DNA of 64,000 bases, taken from assembly GCF_009834535.1 (NCBI RefSeq), contig NC_045697.1, forward strand, positions 92,072,001 through 92,136,000, read 5' to 3'. The stretch comes from Camelus ferus. Taxonomy: Eukaryota. The notes beneath the pieces were generated by a model, which made no database searches, had not been told where the DNA came from, and was given only the letters and a program-made list of their open reading frames with translations. The stretch's first letter is position 1, and each line of letters begins with the position of its first letter. A program made the position numbers and the translations under genes. This document shows, one piece after another, positions 38,045 through 52,100 of this stretch.

Positions 38045-39300
38045 CTCATTCAGCAAATACTATTTCTATGCACAGCCACCATGTGTGAACAATGATTACC
38101 TCTGCCATCAAAGGGTCTTGCTGTGTATGGGAAATACAGACGAGAAACAATCAAGTTATGGGAGGCTAAAAACAATGTGATACGGAAAGTTGAAAGCACT
38201 GGGGGAAGACAAAACAGGGATACCTCCCCAGCATTTGAAGTCTGGAAAAACCTTCCCAGAGGGTTACTTCTAAAGCACAAACCTGCAGGAAAACTAAGAA
38301 TTTATCCAGGTGAAAAAGCATTCAGGGGGAGGAAGAGTGTCCTAGCCAGAGGAATCAGTTTATGTGAAGACACACCAGTGAGTGAGGGAGAGTGTGGTGG
38401 ACCTGAAGAACTGAGAGATGGTCAGCCTGGCTGTAACCTACAAAATGCAGGATGGAGATGGGAGTCAGTGTGTTGGCGGTGTAAACCAGGGTCACATCCT
38501 GCAGCTATGCTAAGTATATTGGACTTTTTCAAGAAGCAAGGAGTGCCAATAAAATCTTTTAAATGAGGAAAGAACAAAAGGGTCTTTGCAATAAATAAAT
38601 AAATGAGTCTCTCAGAAGGTAATTTGGAGAGGAGAATGATAGGTGGGGAAGAGGATAATGACTGAAGGCAAAGTTGAAAAGCTTTCTGGCCATTTAACTG
38701 ATGACCCAAGTGAGTGCTGAGGGAGCAGAGTTTTTCCTTCATTCATGAATTTAACAGAAATTTATCTCAAATTCTTTTTAAGTCATTAGCTTAATATATA
38801 TATATAGCAGTGAACAAACCAGACAACATCTTTGCCATTATGGAGTTTATGTACAGAAATGAATGTATGTCAGGTATTATTTATGCTGTAAGAAAAAAGA
38901 AACAGGATAAGGAGATAGAGAACGAGGGGATGAAGGTGTTCTTATTTTACAGACGATGCTCGGGTAAAAGTATGTATCTCATCCACCTCTTGTCTCTGGA
39001 TTCTTCCTGTCTGAGGAAAAATTGTAATGTTTGTTTATCCTTTCATTCAGTATTCATGTAGTGCCTCTGTGTATTAGGCACCCTGTGAGACCCTGTGGCA
39101 ATGTTATGCAGGTTTAGAGAAAGGAAAGATCAATCAAGCAGTACTTTGTAGACCATGTTAAAGGTTTGGATGTTTTTCCTATGGACAATGGAAGCCATTG
39201 TAGTGTTTTAATTAAGAATTCCATGTGATTAGATTTGTATTTTTCAAAGAGCATTCTAGCCGCAGGGAGAAGAATGAATTAACAGATCGGGAATGGGTTC
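38045..39300 (-). mobile_element. Cluster of L2 fragments
   Basis: Several L2 tail starts ('cattcagcaaatac', 'cattcatgaatttaacagaaatttat') and bodies ('gaccatgttaaaggtttgga...aatggaagccattg'). Confidence 0.6.
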
Positions 39301-40714
39301 TCTTCAACTTAAGGGAAAAGAACAGGTTTACCTTGCTTAGCTATTAGTAGTCAAGGCTAAATTTTTTCCCATGAAAGAAATGTAACCTTTTTTTTTTTTT
39401 TTAAACCGTGAATGAATGAAGGGTTTTCTTCTCCCAGGTAGAAAAACTTGCTTGGGCTAAAATAGAATCTAGTGTTTTAAAAATTTGTTACCACCTAATC
39501 CTTTGAATTCCTGACATGTGTTTGCAGACCCATAAATAAGTCTCTTATGAATAGTTTTCCCTTTTGAATGGCAAACTTACTATTTTGTGAAGGCTAAGAT
39601 GTGTGTGTGAACCAAATGAACTTACCAAAGAAATCCTAATGTGTTCTTTCCTACTGATTGGGGAGCTTTTGTGTGTAAGAGGGAATAATATTATCTTTAT
39701 CCATGACACTTGATTGGCAGAAAATACTCATTTTATTATGAAAACACATCAGACACACATTTGTTTCCACTGCTACACAACTTTCTCATTAACATTTTAT
39801 ACGAGTGGAAGGTTAGAATATTTGTTTGGATAACATTATGTAAGGAAGTATCTTAACACAGCTTTGGCCATATTAAAAATGCCTTCTGTGCCGTGTTGCT
39901 CAGATGGCATGTTTATGAATAAGTTTTCAAAGCTCCATATGCACAAATATGAAATATGAAGTCTTTCTCCAAATACTAAGAATACAGCTCATTCTACATT
40001 TGTTAGTTTGTCGTGCTAACATTTATCTGCATCTCCATATCCCAAGATTTGCAAATGAGATAATTCTGTTGCAGTATGCCGCCAAGTATAAACAGCTGGT
40101 TCTCTTTGGCAAGCAGAATATCATCTGAACATTTAATGCAACCCTTCCTCTAGGATGCCTTTTATCATCAGAATTTAGGGAGGGACAGTTGCTTGGCATG
40201 TTTTGAATGTCATATTCCCTGAAGTCTTACAGCCCATGGATTCTCTTGATAACCATAATAATGAGAGATATGCAAAGGACAAGATATTAAAATTAAGCAT
40301 GGTGAATGAAATCTTATGAACCTATAAGAGGGACATTTCAGGGAAATGGTTTGAAATTTTAAGTAGGTAATTTAATATAGTGATGCAATCTTAAATTATT
40401 TCCAAACGAATGAAATTCAGTCAGTGGAGTTTTGAGGAGCCACAGTGTATCCAAATATATAGTGGGTTGAGAAAGAGTTTCAATATCAACATGACATAAA
40501 ATATAAATAAAATAATCAAATATTTCCCTCTGGATCCCAGCAATCCATATAGAAGCATAATTCTTCCATTCTTTCACAAGTGGAAATAACATTTGTTGAT
40601 ACACATTCATAAAGTTACAAATAACAGCACAACAAAAAAGTCACCAAGACTAATTTGAGGACTTGAGAAGGAAATTATATGAACAAATGTAAGAACAGGA
40701 AGAGTAGTCAGTAT

Positions 40715-40833
40715 TAAAATGTAGTTAGTACAACTGAGAAATGCATTTTAATTTTTATTCAATTTAAGTTAATGGAAACAAATTTAAATAGAAACATGTG
40801 GCTATTGACTATCACCTTGGACATGCATGTCTA
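40715..40833. mobile_element. MER3-like hAT-Charlie fragment
   Basis: 'aatgtagttagtacaactgagaa...aatttaaatagaaacatgtggctattgactatcaccttggaca'. Confidence 0.65.
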
Positions 40834-41524
40834 AGCCATGAAAAGAATCTTTCTTTCTGTAACTACAGGACATAGAACAGTAATTCAGAGCTGGTCCTAC
40901 AACCACCGCAGCCCATACTTCACAGGAAGGCTGAGACGTATACAAAGCAGTAGTTCCAGAATCCATTGTCTGTTATGTCAGGATGGGTGGCAGACTATCC
41001 TGGAAGACTCTGGAGAACCACTAGTCATTCTAAAAGCTCATTCAGAAGTGGTGATACCTAGATGAGGAGACTGTTTTAGCTACCCAAATGAACAATAATC
41101 ATTATCTTAACTGAAAATCAAATGTTTCACAGGGAATATACGTTTAGAAAAGAGAAACTTACTGTCATTGTTATAGATACTCACGTTATGATGTTTCAAA
41201 ATGTTTATTTTTAAACTGACAGTTATGCATTATTTATCTCACTGCAAAGACACTAATATTTTTAGCTTTCTGTATTTATCATTTATTTGAACCCTAAAGG
41301 GTACAACTGTATGGCAAAGTAATGTTTATTATTTTAATACTTCTTTTCACTTCAAAACAACTTAAATGAAAATCACCCATCTGAAATACATATGTTAAAA
41401 CAGAACAAGTCAAGAAACCATAAAAACAAAAAAACTGTACAGGGGAGATAGGATTCTCTTACAAATCATAATTGCTGAAATGCACTTGAGATTTTTATCA
41501 AAAATAAAACTAACGAGATAAAAT

Positions 41525-41730
41525 AAATATTTACTGGGTAGGTACTATAAGCCTGACACTGTAAGTACTGTGTATGAATTATATACTTTAATCAGTCTAC
41601 AAAATAGGTGTTATTATTTTCATTTTTCCAATGAGGATGCCAGGACCTAGAGATATGAAGTAATGCTTCTAAATTCGTATAGCAAATCAGTGGGGTGACC
41701 AGAATCTAGATCTAAGTTTGCACGAATCCA
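41525..41730 (-). mobile_element. MIR
   Basis: 'ataggtgttattattttcattttccaatgaggatgc...agagatatgaagtaatg'. Confidence 0.65.
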
Positions 41731-42734
41731 TATTTAACCAATTAAATGAAAGCTTCAGAAGATCTAAAATGATTTCATTTGGTATTACAGATTGCTGGAA
41801 TAAAAATTTTCTATAGACAAAGGACTTCCCCAAGAAAACTAACTGACAACAGAAAACCTGAATTTAAATACATATATATTTATACATATTAAGGCTAAGA
41901 TATATGACACTATTTTTTGTGTGTATAATCTGAGCATAATGCACCAAATCTTTGACAATGATATCAATTCTGTTACAGCAGTCATAATACTAGAAAATCT
42001 GAAGGGTAGAAGGAAGTGTTTGGGCTGCCGCTGTCATTTAGTGTTCTGATTTGCCTCAGAAAGCTGGAGGGCACTGTATGTCCACTTGCCAAGTTGGCCA
42101 GGTGCATGACTACAGCCCTGAAATCAATGTAGAACTACTTCCAGAGGAATTGAAAAAATGTGTCCTCTATTCCTTTTGACAAGAAGTCATTACCAGTAGC
42201 CTTTGGGGGAGATTTGCAGAAGCTTCATGAAAAGTACAAGGCCCTTACTTACTTCTGATACTCCAAGCCTAGGTCAGAAGGAACAAATAATAAGACTTTT
42301 TCTCATGGAGAGGAAGTCTCACTGTGACTCTCAGCCAATTTCAAAAATATAGAACTGAGCTCAGAACATGGGTTTTTCTGTAGATGTTCTTGTGGTTTTT
42401 TGTTTTTTTTTTTTTAATCTATTTGGGATTTTTAGTCTGCTGGTAACATTGGCCCTAGTATAATGTTACCACTATAATATTTTCTTTTTTACTTTAATGC
42501 TTTTCTAGTGAGGGTTCATTGCTGGTTATTTCATGATTAGGAAAAGATAACATTAGAATGAGTTATAGCATTATATATTTGAAAAAGCATTATATATTTA
42601 AGAAGAATGAGGAATTATCTTTTTTTTCTACCTGTGAACATTTATACATTTTTTACCACTTTCTTTCTGACAAAGGGAGGTAAGTGACATGATTATTGGT
42701 ATATTGAAAATTGCTCTAGATTTTGATTTAGTTT

Positions 42735-42905
42735 ACATGGGTTCTGGTTTTAGTCTTCAATTTGAGTCTTACCTGCTAGCTGAATCGTTTTTGGTAAATT
42801 ACTTAATCTTTATGAGTGGCTATTTACTTCTCTGTAAATAGGGATACTGAACTATCTTTGTGGTAAAGACCAAATGAAACACTGCATTTGGAAATAAATT
42901 GTAAA
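42735..42905 (+). mobile_element. MIR
   Basis: 'ttggtaaattacttaatctttatgag...ctgtaaatagggatact'. Confidence 0.6.
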
Positions 42906-45827
42906 AACAGAAATTTGAAAGGGTATTACTGTATGATTTAATTTAAAGATATGAAAGTAGTATTTAGAGATATTAAATTCCATAAAGAAATACTTACATT
43001 TAGTGTTTTTATTTTAAAAATTTATCATTTAGTCTGTCTCACCATTGAACATGTGAATATGCTCGTGTGTCTAACTACCTTAGTTCTGAAAACATTTACT
43101 GCACTATATAGAGATGGATAAGCTATTTAATATCATGCCGATTTCTTTCAGTTAAGGGACTACAAAATTGATTTTTAAAGTTCAACCTAAACTCTGTTTT
43201 ACCCAGATTATTATACAAAAATATGTTTGGTGATACAAGATATCATTAGTGATTTTTTTTTTAAATCCATGACCTTTATTTAAAACATTAGCAAGGGAGA
43301 GATTACTAACATCTGTAGGTTTACATCAATGTTTATTTCATTTCTCCTTATTGGTTTAATGCAATTCAAAATTCAGAGACTAACCAGATCAATGTTACAT
43401 ATGAAGAAGTTCAAAGAATATCTTTAGCATTACAAGAGGAAAGGTAGCAATTCTCAAAAGGCTGTAAAGAAGCTTGAAAAACTTCTATCTGCTTCTGTGT
43501 ACCAACGCCAATTATAAATCTAAAAGTGGCTTGACTTAGTAGTATGGGACACCATAGAAGATATAAGTGGTACAGTTATGATACTAAGTTCCACCTCCTC
43601 CCCTTTCCTTCAAGAACTTGGAAATAGGGAAACTCAGGTTGGACAAGAGCAGAGGCAGAATGGTTTTTATGTTGGAAAGACTGAATAGATGAATCAAAGA
43701 GGAAATAGTGCCAAAATAAATTCTGAGAGGAGGAGGGAGAGAGAAAGAGAAACTCTTAATTAGATAGTGAGTCCTTCTGTCCACTTGTATATCCTTGTAT
43801 TAGAGTTAAAAGCACTACTATCTTCCAGAGTATAATGCAATTAACTTTCTGAATTATATAACCAACTCTTCTTAAACTGATTCCCTTCTTCTTAAGATGC
43901 AGCCCCAAGAGAAGATTCTGTCTGAAAGACATATGTACTGGTCCAACAGTTGAGGTCATCTGGTGTCCTACCTTGTACCTTCTGTCATTTGTGAATGTAT
44001 ACCATTTTTAAGAAGCGTCCTCAACTTTAGGGCACTGGAGAGATCTAGTTTCTGCAAAGCTCAAGACCAACATCAGGACATAGTGAAATTACCAAGTCAC
44101 CATTACTATGTTGTCGTCTCTTGATAGGGAGTCATTTGGCCTTCCTTAGATTAACTTAACTTGTTCATATGCTTTGAAAGACATCTGCATAAATCATGTG
44201 ATTTTCGTACAAATCCATTGTGTGTGCGTGTGTGGTATCTGTGGGACAAGTGACCTCTTAGATTGCTAAGGTTCTCCTCTCACTCACATTTGTGCCACAT
44301 TTTTTAAGGGCAGGTTTCAACATTTATTTTGCCCTCTTCACTCTCAATTACCTAATTTTGGCTCTCTCATTCTCCACGATATGGGCATGTTCTTGTTATC
44401 TTTTCAGTGACCTCTATTTAACCAGAAAATCTGTACTGTATGAGTATTACTTCAGTGCTAGCCTATCAATTATGTTCAAGGACTTTAGTACTGATGATCT
44501 GATTTAACCTGAATATGCATTACAACACAGGGTGGTGGGGGAGCTGTGGAGAACATTGCTAAAATATTCAAAAGGTGTGTGCATTTCTTATAGGAGGACA
44601 CAGCACATACTACAGACCATTAATTGAATCTTTGGTTTGCTGATTTTTTTCTATAACTTTTGGTCAATTTCTCAAGTCATTTTTTTTTTTAGTTATTCAC
44701 ATTTTAATCAGTTAATCATTGGATTATGTGTTATTGATACTTAGGTGGCAGAATCTAAAAGTCTGTATTCTTGAAATTCCATTTGAAACCTTAAGGTTAG
44801 TTTGGAATTTGCCTGGTATATAAGTTGCTGATGTGATCTGGTTCTGTTATTAATTTGGCTATTACTTTTACATTTATAAAACTTAAATATATATATTTTA
44901 ATGTATGAGATTTAGATATAAGTTTATATTATGTACATACTCGATGTTGGAATTTTAGTTTTCAGGTGTAGCTCTCTTTATAGATTTTGTACTTCTTGAG
45001 GTCGGGGACCTCATCTTATTCATCATTGTATCCTTCACACTCAGCATAGTACCTTGAAGATAAATCAACACATATTTATTGAGTTGAATTGATAGTTATT
45101 TCTACTATAGCTCTTTTTTTGTTCTCAAAATAACTCGATTAATCTAGAGTCATCCTTTAATTTAAAAATGTATATTCTGCTCCCATATCTCCCAAATTCA
45201 ATGAAGAAAGGACATCTTTGCTATTAAAAAATTCCCACTTGGCTGGCAGAGATGGACATGTAAACAAGTTCAGGATGGGGCACTGGTGAAGACACCAGGA
45301 TAGAAGCCAAATGGAGGATAGTGGGTTTACAAAGAGGGGGCTGCATAGCTCTCTTGGTGGGCAGGAAGCTACAGGCAGGAAAAGATCCAAACAGGAGGTG
45401 ATGCTGGAGCTTGGGTTTGAAAGCTGATGTGTTTGCTTGTTGAGCAAGGTGGTGATTATTGTGAGAAGGGTTAGCACAACATTTTGAGGATAGGTTGTCA
45501 ATAACAATGTAGTAATTGGTAAACAATGATCCTCCACGCACAGGGAACAGCATGAGGAAAAGCAGCTTCGTGCTTCCAAGAACTGTAATTACTGTGTTCT
45601 GCCTGGAGCACAGGGCATGAGGTCAGTCACAGAAGAGACTGAGTACTGACAGGGAGGCATAGACCAGATCACAAAGGGCCTCACATTCCACGGACAACAA
45701 AATTCATTTTGCCATTTTATCTGAAAATTCTCCATGTCATCTTTAATCTTTCCTTTTATGTCTTCTATCTTCTGCTGATTTAAATAAGCCCTGTTTTAAC
45801 ATGTTTTATAATGTTTCCCTTTTTTCT

Positions 45828-46380
45828 GGTCATTCATTCATTCTCTCATTCAACCACAACTTTTTTTTTTTAGTACTATTTATGTGTTAGATACTTTTCT
45901 AGGCTAAAGGGAAACAGTGGTGAACTAGCTGAACAAAATACCTCCATCAAGTTTGTGGATGAGTTTAGTACACAATTGGTCTGTTAAATTTACCTTAAAA
46001 TATCTAGAAGTGATAAGACCTGTGAATAAATAAAGTGTACTAAAGGGATATTGAGTTATGGAGTGTACCTTGCTAGATGGGGCAGGGAGTGGGTGTCAAG
46101 CAGTCTTTGCCAAGGAGCTGACATTTCAGTTGAGACTTGGATGAATTCATGAGCTACCCATGAGAGCACTGGGAAAAAAGAGTTTCAGAAAGAGTGAATG
46201 ACTAGAACAAAGGTGCACTGGTGGGGATGAGTGTGGCTGGCTTAAGGATGAACCTGAGCATCTCCCACAATATTTATGGTCAACATTCCCCATATGGTAA
46301 TAATTATAGTGGCTCTGCCTCCATGTTCAAACACTAACAGAAAACGGTGTCAGTGACTGGAGCACAGTAAGTGAGAAAGA
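45828..46380 (-). mobile_element. L2 fragment
   Basis: 'cattcattcattctctcattcaac...' tail, 'ggagctgacatttcagttgagacttggatga'. Confidence 0.65.
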
Positions 46381-48099
46381 GAACAGTCTGTGTTCTTGTT
46401 TGTCATCCTCACCTTAGGATGAAAAACCTGAGCTTTTCATTAGTATATTTCTTAGTTTCTTCGTTTCATTAGTATATTTATAATGTTTATTTAGAATATA
46501 CACTGAGCACTTTAAGAGATGTGAGATGCAAAGTTTGAATAAAATACAAATATGATATGTAGTCCCACCATTTATGTAATTTGATCAATCAACATATCTG
46601 TGAATAGACTGTAATATTGTCCTGATTGAAAGGAATTTCTTCAGCTTGAATGTATTTGAAATACAGTTAGCCATTATTCACATTGTATTGTACAATATGG
46701 AATAGATTGGATTACATTTCTTGAAGCATCTCTAGAAGTGACATATTTTTATTTTCATTGAAATAAAGGTTCATTCATTATTGGGAAAATTAAATAAAAC
46801 TGTATGGAAATATCTTAGCCTTTAAAGAGATACCTCTCTGTTACCTTTAGATCTGTTTTGATTAATTTAAGAGAGGCATGATATTTTACCCATGTGTTGT
46901 TTTTTCACTTTGGAATGTAATCATATTTCTATGAACACAGCCATATTTTAGGACTGGCAGCTGTAAATAGTTTTTAAAATTCATTTTTGAGAATGACATT
47001 TGTTATGGTTAGGAGTAGTTCCTTCTTAAGATTCAGCAACCCCTCTTGCAAATGATACAGTATTTCTTAAGAACTGTACCTTATCAAACGTTGTTAAAAT
47101 GTAAATAAAATAAAGAAAATGGAATTTGGATTCATGGGGTGCCTCTAATATCTTTTCCTCCTTGACATGGAGCTAATATGAACTGCATCTAACCAGCTGA
47201 TTTTTATAAGATTGCAGAAACTGGCAGTTATTTTCCAGTATTGCCTGCCACTATTCTGTCTCATTTTAATTCCAGAGTCAATGGACAATACCAATACCTA
47301 TGGTTTACATGTTAAAAAGGATTTATGAATTATGGATGAACTGGGACAGTTATTGGTATTTAAAGGCATCATATTTCATGTTGAATATTAATAGGAATGA
47401 AAGACCAGAGGAATATAGTCACACAAAAATTTTCAAATAGACTAACTAGCTCCTTTAAGCCATGGGATGAGAGAATAAATGTCAAAATAAATTATAGTTA
47501 CCTCATTTAGTGACAATTTCTACAGCAATGAAGACTAGAGATGAGAACTTACCATCAAAAGCTTTTTATTACTATTCAATTTGGGAAAATCTAATCTGGA
47601 CATAAAATAAAAAGATAGTTTAAAAAAATTGCTATGCTGGGACAGTGTCTATTGTCAAGGTGTTTTTATATGATTGCTAAAAGGAAATTACATGACCTTA
47701 TGAAATGTAATAAAATATAATTTAAAATTTTAATTTTAAGGCTTCAAGTCACCCTTAAAAAATAAGGAAATATTTTTATTCAACACTTGTGAGATGACAT
47801 TGTAAGTTATTACTTTTACTATATATGTTAGTTAAATTGGTACACAGTAAAGGTGGCTGGGCCCCTGTGTTTTGGGATTAGGGTCTTATTTCCGAAATTT
47901 ACATAATCTATAAAAGGAATTTATTAATTCTCTTAAACTGTAAGGAATTGGATCAAGCTCACCAACCCACAAGAGACTAATAAACTGAAATATTAATATC
48001 CAGTCTTGGATTACTGTTTAATGAGAAATAAAAGAGAAATACCAAGAAGACTAGAATGTGTGCTGACTGAAAAGTACGTTGCACTCCCAGTACGAATGT

Positions 48100-49130
48100 C
48101 ATTTATTATTTATTCATCAAATGTGTATTGATGTGTGATTTATACCAGACATTTTGCTAAACACTCGGATGAAAAGTCAAATAGGGTATAGTCCCCACCA
48201 TCAAGGAGCCTATTGACTAGTTAGAGTGATAGCCAAGTAAACACCGAAAGTATAGTGGTGTGAAGGCAAGGGGATTCCAAATCAAATATGGATCTGGAAG
48301 AGCTTCTCTGAGAAGGTGAAACAAGGTGAAACAGAAAGTAGAAGTTTATTAGTAGAAGAAAATAACGAGTTCCTTTGAAACTCTCTAGTTCCTGGACCTG
48401 GGGTGGAATGGTGCTAAATCAAGGTGAGAGCTCCAAGCATGAAGGCTTGGAGTGAGGCTGCTCTGCCTACTCTCTCTAACCACAGACTTGAAGCTTGTCT
48501 CTCAGTTGGATTCTGTCCATCATCATGGCCACTCAGTTCTAGTTTACACCGCATCGTTTTTATTCATTCGTCCCACAAATTCTTTGAGCATCTACTGTGT
48601 GCCAGGCAGTATACTAAGCACTGAATATTAAGTAGGAAACAAAATAAAATCATTGGCCATCATAGAGCTTAGACTCTAATTTTTAAAAATACCCTCCCTT
48701 GACCCGGGTACCTGGCCAGTTACCGTCCCATTTCTCTATCAAACTTACTGATACTTCTACAACTATTTCTATTGCCTCATTGCTCACTTTTTTCTCATCT
48801 ACTCTAAATCTTCCCACTCCATTCTCAGTACTGCTCTTGATGATGTCATAACAATCCCCGTGGGCCAAAGCCAGTGGCCAGGTCTCCTTCTCATGTTTTT
48901 CAAACACTCAGCGGAGTTGCACACTATTGCCTACTCCTTTCTCTTTAATACTCTTTTTTTTCTTCTCTTTTCTTCTTTTTCTTTTCAGCTTCAGAGGCAG
49001 TTTTTTTTGGCTTCTCTTTCTTCCATCTCACTGATTCCTCCTTCTCCATCTCCTTTGTTCATCTTGCCTTGACAGACCTTCAGATGTTTTGGTGTCTCAG
49101 GCTCAGTTCTTTCTCCCACCCAACCTCCCT
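48100..49130. mobile_element. L2 fragments in both orientations
   Basis: 'ttgagcatctactgtgtgccaggcagtatactaagcactg' (minus) and 'gccaaagccagtggccaggtctc...' (plus). Confidence 0.6.
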
Positions 49131-52100
49131 CTTCTCTTCTCTTCCCTTTTCTGTCTCTGAGAAATGTGCAATCCTCACTTTTTTTTAAAGTGATTGATTG
49201 AGGGATATAGAAAACAATTTAAGAGGGAGGATGTCAGGATTAGAATTACATAAAAGATTATTTAGCCATCTCCTAAATTGTCTTCTTAGTGTATGTTTCT
49301 GATTAGACAGAGTGAGGATGATCAAATGATCTTAATCATGAAAATAGGGATATGATGTCCAAGTGCTTGGGGATGTTCTTACCTATAGTTCTGGGAGCCC
49401 TCCTCACAGGAACATGTGGAGAGTAAGCTGACAAATTATTTCACTTGAGTCCCTTTCTTCTATACTTTGTTTATTATGCACCTTTATGTTAAAAGGAGAC
49501 TACGAGTAACAACTTTATAACTTCTCTTAGTCTGCCAGTTATTCTATTCGTGATAGATGTCTCTGAGGCATCTTGGTCTCTGCAGGATGGAGATAGAAAT
49601 GTCATAGTCCCATCACAACCTTTCAAGTTGTTTTATTGAGGGACATAATGTTAATCTGATTTTAAAGTATTATTTTCTAGTCCCTTTAATAGGTCCTGAG
49701 ATTATTTGCTGAATGCTCATCATTCTATGCATAACTTACCTGAACTTACTGTTCTTACAGCATAATATTCATCTTGAATCATCCACATCAGTATCATTAT
49801 AGCAGTTCACGGTCTGTGGTAGCTTTTCTTGAGTTCCAGACAGAAATCTCCTATAAATAGTGCTATCTTTATTATAGGATGGAACAAAAATAGTAACAAG
49901 TAATTTCTGAACGTTGATTATGTTGTTCTAAGTGTTTTACTGTGTGAACTCACTTAACCCTCACAAGAACTCTACAGAAATAATAAACAATGTGAGTATG
50001 TCACAGAGCTAACAAGGCCCATGATCTGTCTCCAGAGCCTGTGTTCTCAATCATCAAGCCACATTATCAAGGCAGATTTATGACATTAGAGTAGTTCCAA
50101 ATCTATGCCATTAGGAGTTCCATATTGTTGTGATCTTTTATGAGCATCATTCCTGATGAGGATAAACATGTTTCTGAGGATAACCGACAGGAGGAAACTC
50201 TGTATAGGGGCTCATCCCATACTCCCGACTGACCCTGAAGTCCTTCACTGCTCATTGCCCAGTCACTTTCAGGGCTGGACCATTTCTGACTTAGAATTTG
50301 GAAGCTTGAAAAGAACAGGCAGTGTTGTATTAGCTACTCAATAGCAGAACATAAAATATAAGTGGCTTTGGGTGAATCTGATCAATATTTATAGTAAAAT
50401 TGGACAATTTAGCTCCTCCAAATAAGTGCACATCAATGAGGATTTTATTCATGAAATATTTGGATAATTATTTTAACTCTAGCTATTTAAAATGTCTTTA
50501 TGTGCAGGGATATAAAAAGAGGCCTTGAGAGTAGTAACAGTTAACCTGAGTCAATTACTTGACTGTTTCCAATCAGGGCAGTATATTGTTAGAACAATAA
50601 AGTAACTAATTGCAGCTTTGTCTACATGACATTACCACAGCTACGATTTGGGAGTCAAATGATATTTTTTTCCCTTGCTTTTGAAAATGGCAAAATGTTC
50701 TTCCCAAATAAGTCTCTGAAAGTGTCCTTCTCTTGGATCTCTAACCTTTCTGATTCCATTACAGCATGTCTTTGTCTATTTCCTCTGTCTTATCTTCTCC
50801 ATTTGGGCTTTTTAATTATAATTTCATAAAGTACCTGTTAGAATCGGTCATTGATCTTGCTTCTTTATTTATATGTCTTTCTGTAGGGCTCACATGTTTA
50901 TTTTGCCAGCAATAATAATGAGATAATAAAAATAGTGTGCAGGAAACAAGAAAATAATTTTATGTCGTAGCTCAAATTTAAATCTTTGGAGCTATACTTC
51001 AAAACTGAGCAATAATATTTGCTGTTGCTACTGATTTGGGGGGCTTCTAGGGGAATATGTGGAAGGATCAAAGAATGTGGGTAAAGGAAAATAAATAAGA
51101 GGAGAGCAAAATGATGTGGTGAAAGAGGGGTTCTGTTCTAGCTTCTACATAAAGAGAGAACGTTTACAAGATAAGACTTGAGGTAGAGTAACTGACATAA
51201 AACGTCAGCCCCACTGAGAGAGGACTTTCAAGCTGAAGCTGGTCTGAGTACTGTTACAAGGTGAGACAAAAATGGAGCAAGGCAATGTTTTCCTACCAGA
51301 AAGAAGGGGAAACTGAGGAATGAAGAGAGCAGAGTCTAATACTGCAAACATGCTTTACAGGTGGAGGGGAACACTACTTCTTAAGTAGGGAGGGGATGCT
51401 GGGTGAGTAGAACAGTGAGAGTTAGTAAAGAAATGATGGTCAAGAGAAGACTTTTTTTGCCTACCTCATCCGACATTAGTTGTTCTGAAATACTGAATTT
51501 TTCTTTGTAGTAAAGTAATATATTGCTTTATGAATAAAGAATGGATTATACATAAAATAACTAAGAAAATACACCTAAACACAGAATATCTATGTTTAGT
51601 AGTGAGAGAGATTCAAGAAAAACAACAGAATGTAGCCATAAATACAGAACAGCACTCCAGTGGCCAAAGGCAACTGTCGAGGAAACTAGGAGAGGGGAGA
51701 GAACAGAGCTAACATTGATGGACCACTTACGTGCATTCAGCTTTGTGCTGAGTAATTGCATTCATTTTATTTTAGCCTGAGAATATCTCTGTGAAGCTTG
51801 TTGCTTTATCCCGATTTTGTAGATAATGTTAATAACAATTTAAGATCACGTTACTTTTGAAAAGATGGAAATGGAATGCTTACTCTAGACTAGGCTGATT
51901 TCAAAGCTCATATTCTTTCTATTCTGCTACTCCTTGCGGCATTCTTGTTAGAGTCAGAACACCCATGCTGACTCTTAAGAATAAGTCCGCTCTTTGAGGC
52001 TAATGCTTGCCAAACTCTTATATCATATAGCATCATAGGTTAAAGAAAAAGGATCATTCGCTTCCATTGCACTTACCTATTTTTTATAAAGTATGTATGT

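Noticed and set aside
38050..38742. 147-aa and 106-aa ORFs
   Set aside because: Lie in decayed L2 sequence; no recognisable domain.
45157..45579. 140-aa and 109-aa minus-strand ORFs
   Set aside because: Non-ATG starts, probably L2-derived, no recognisable homology.
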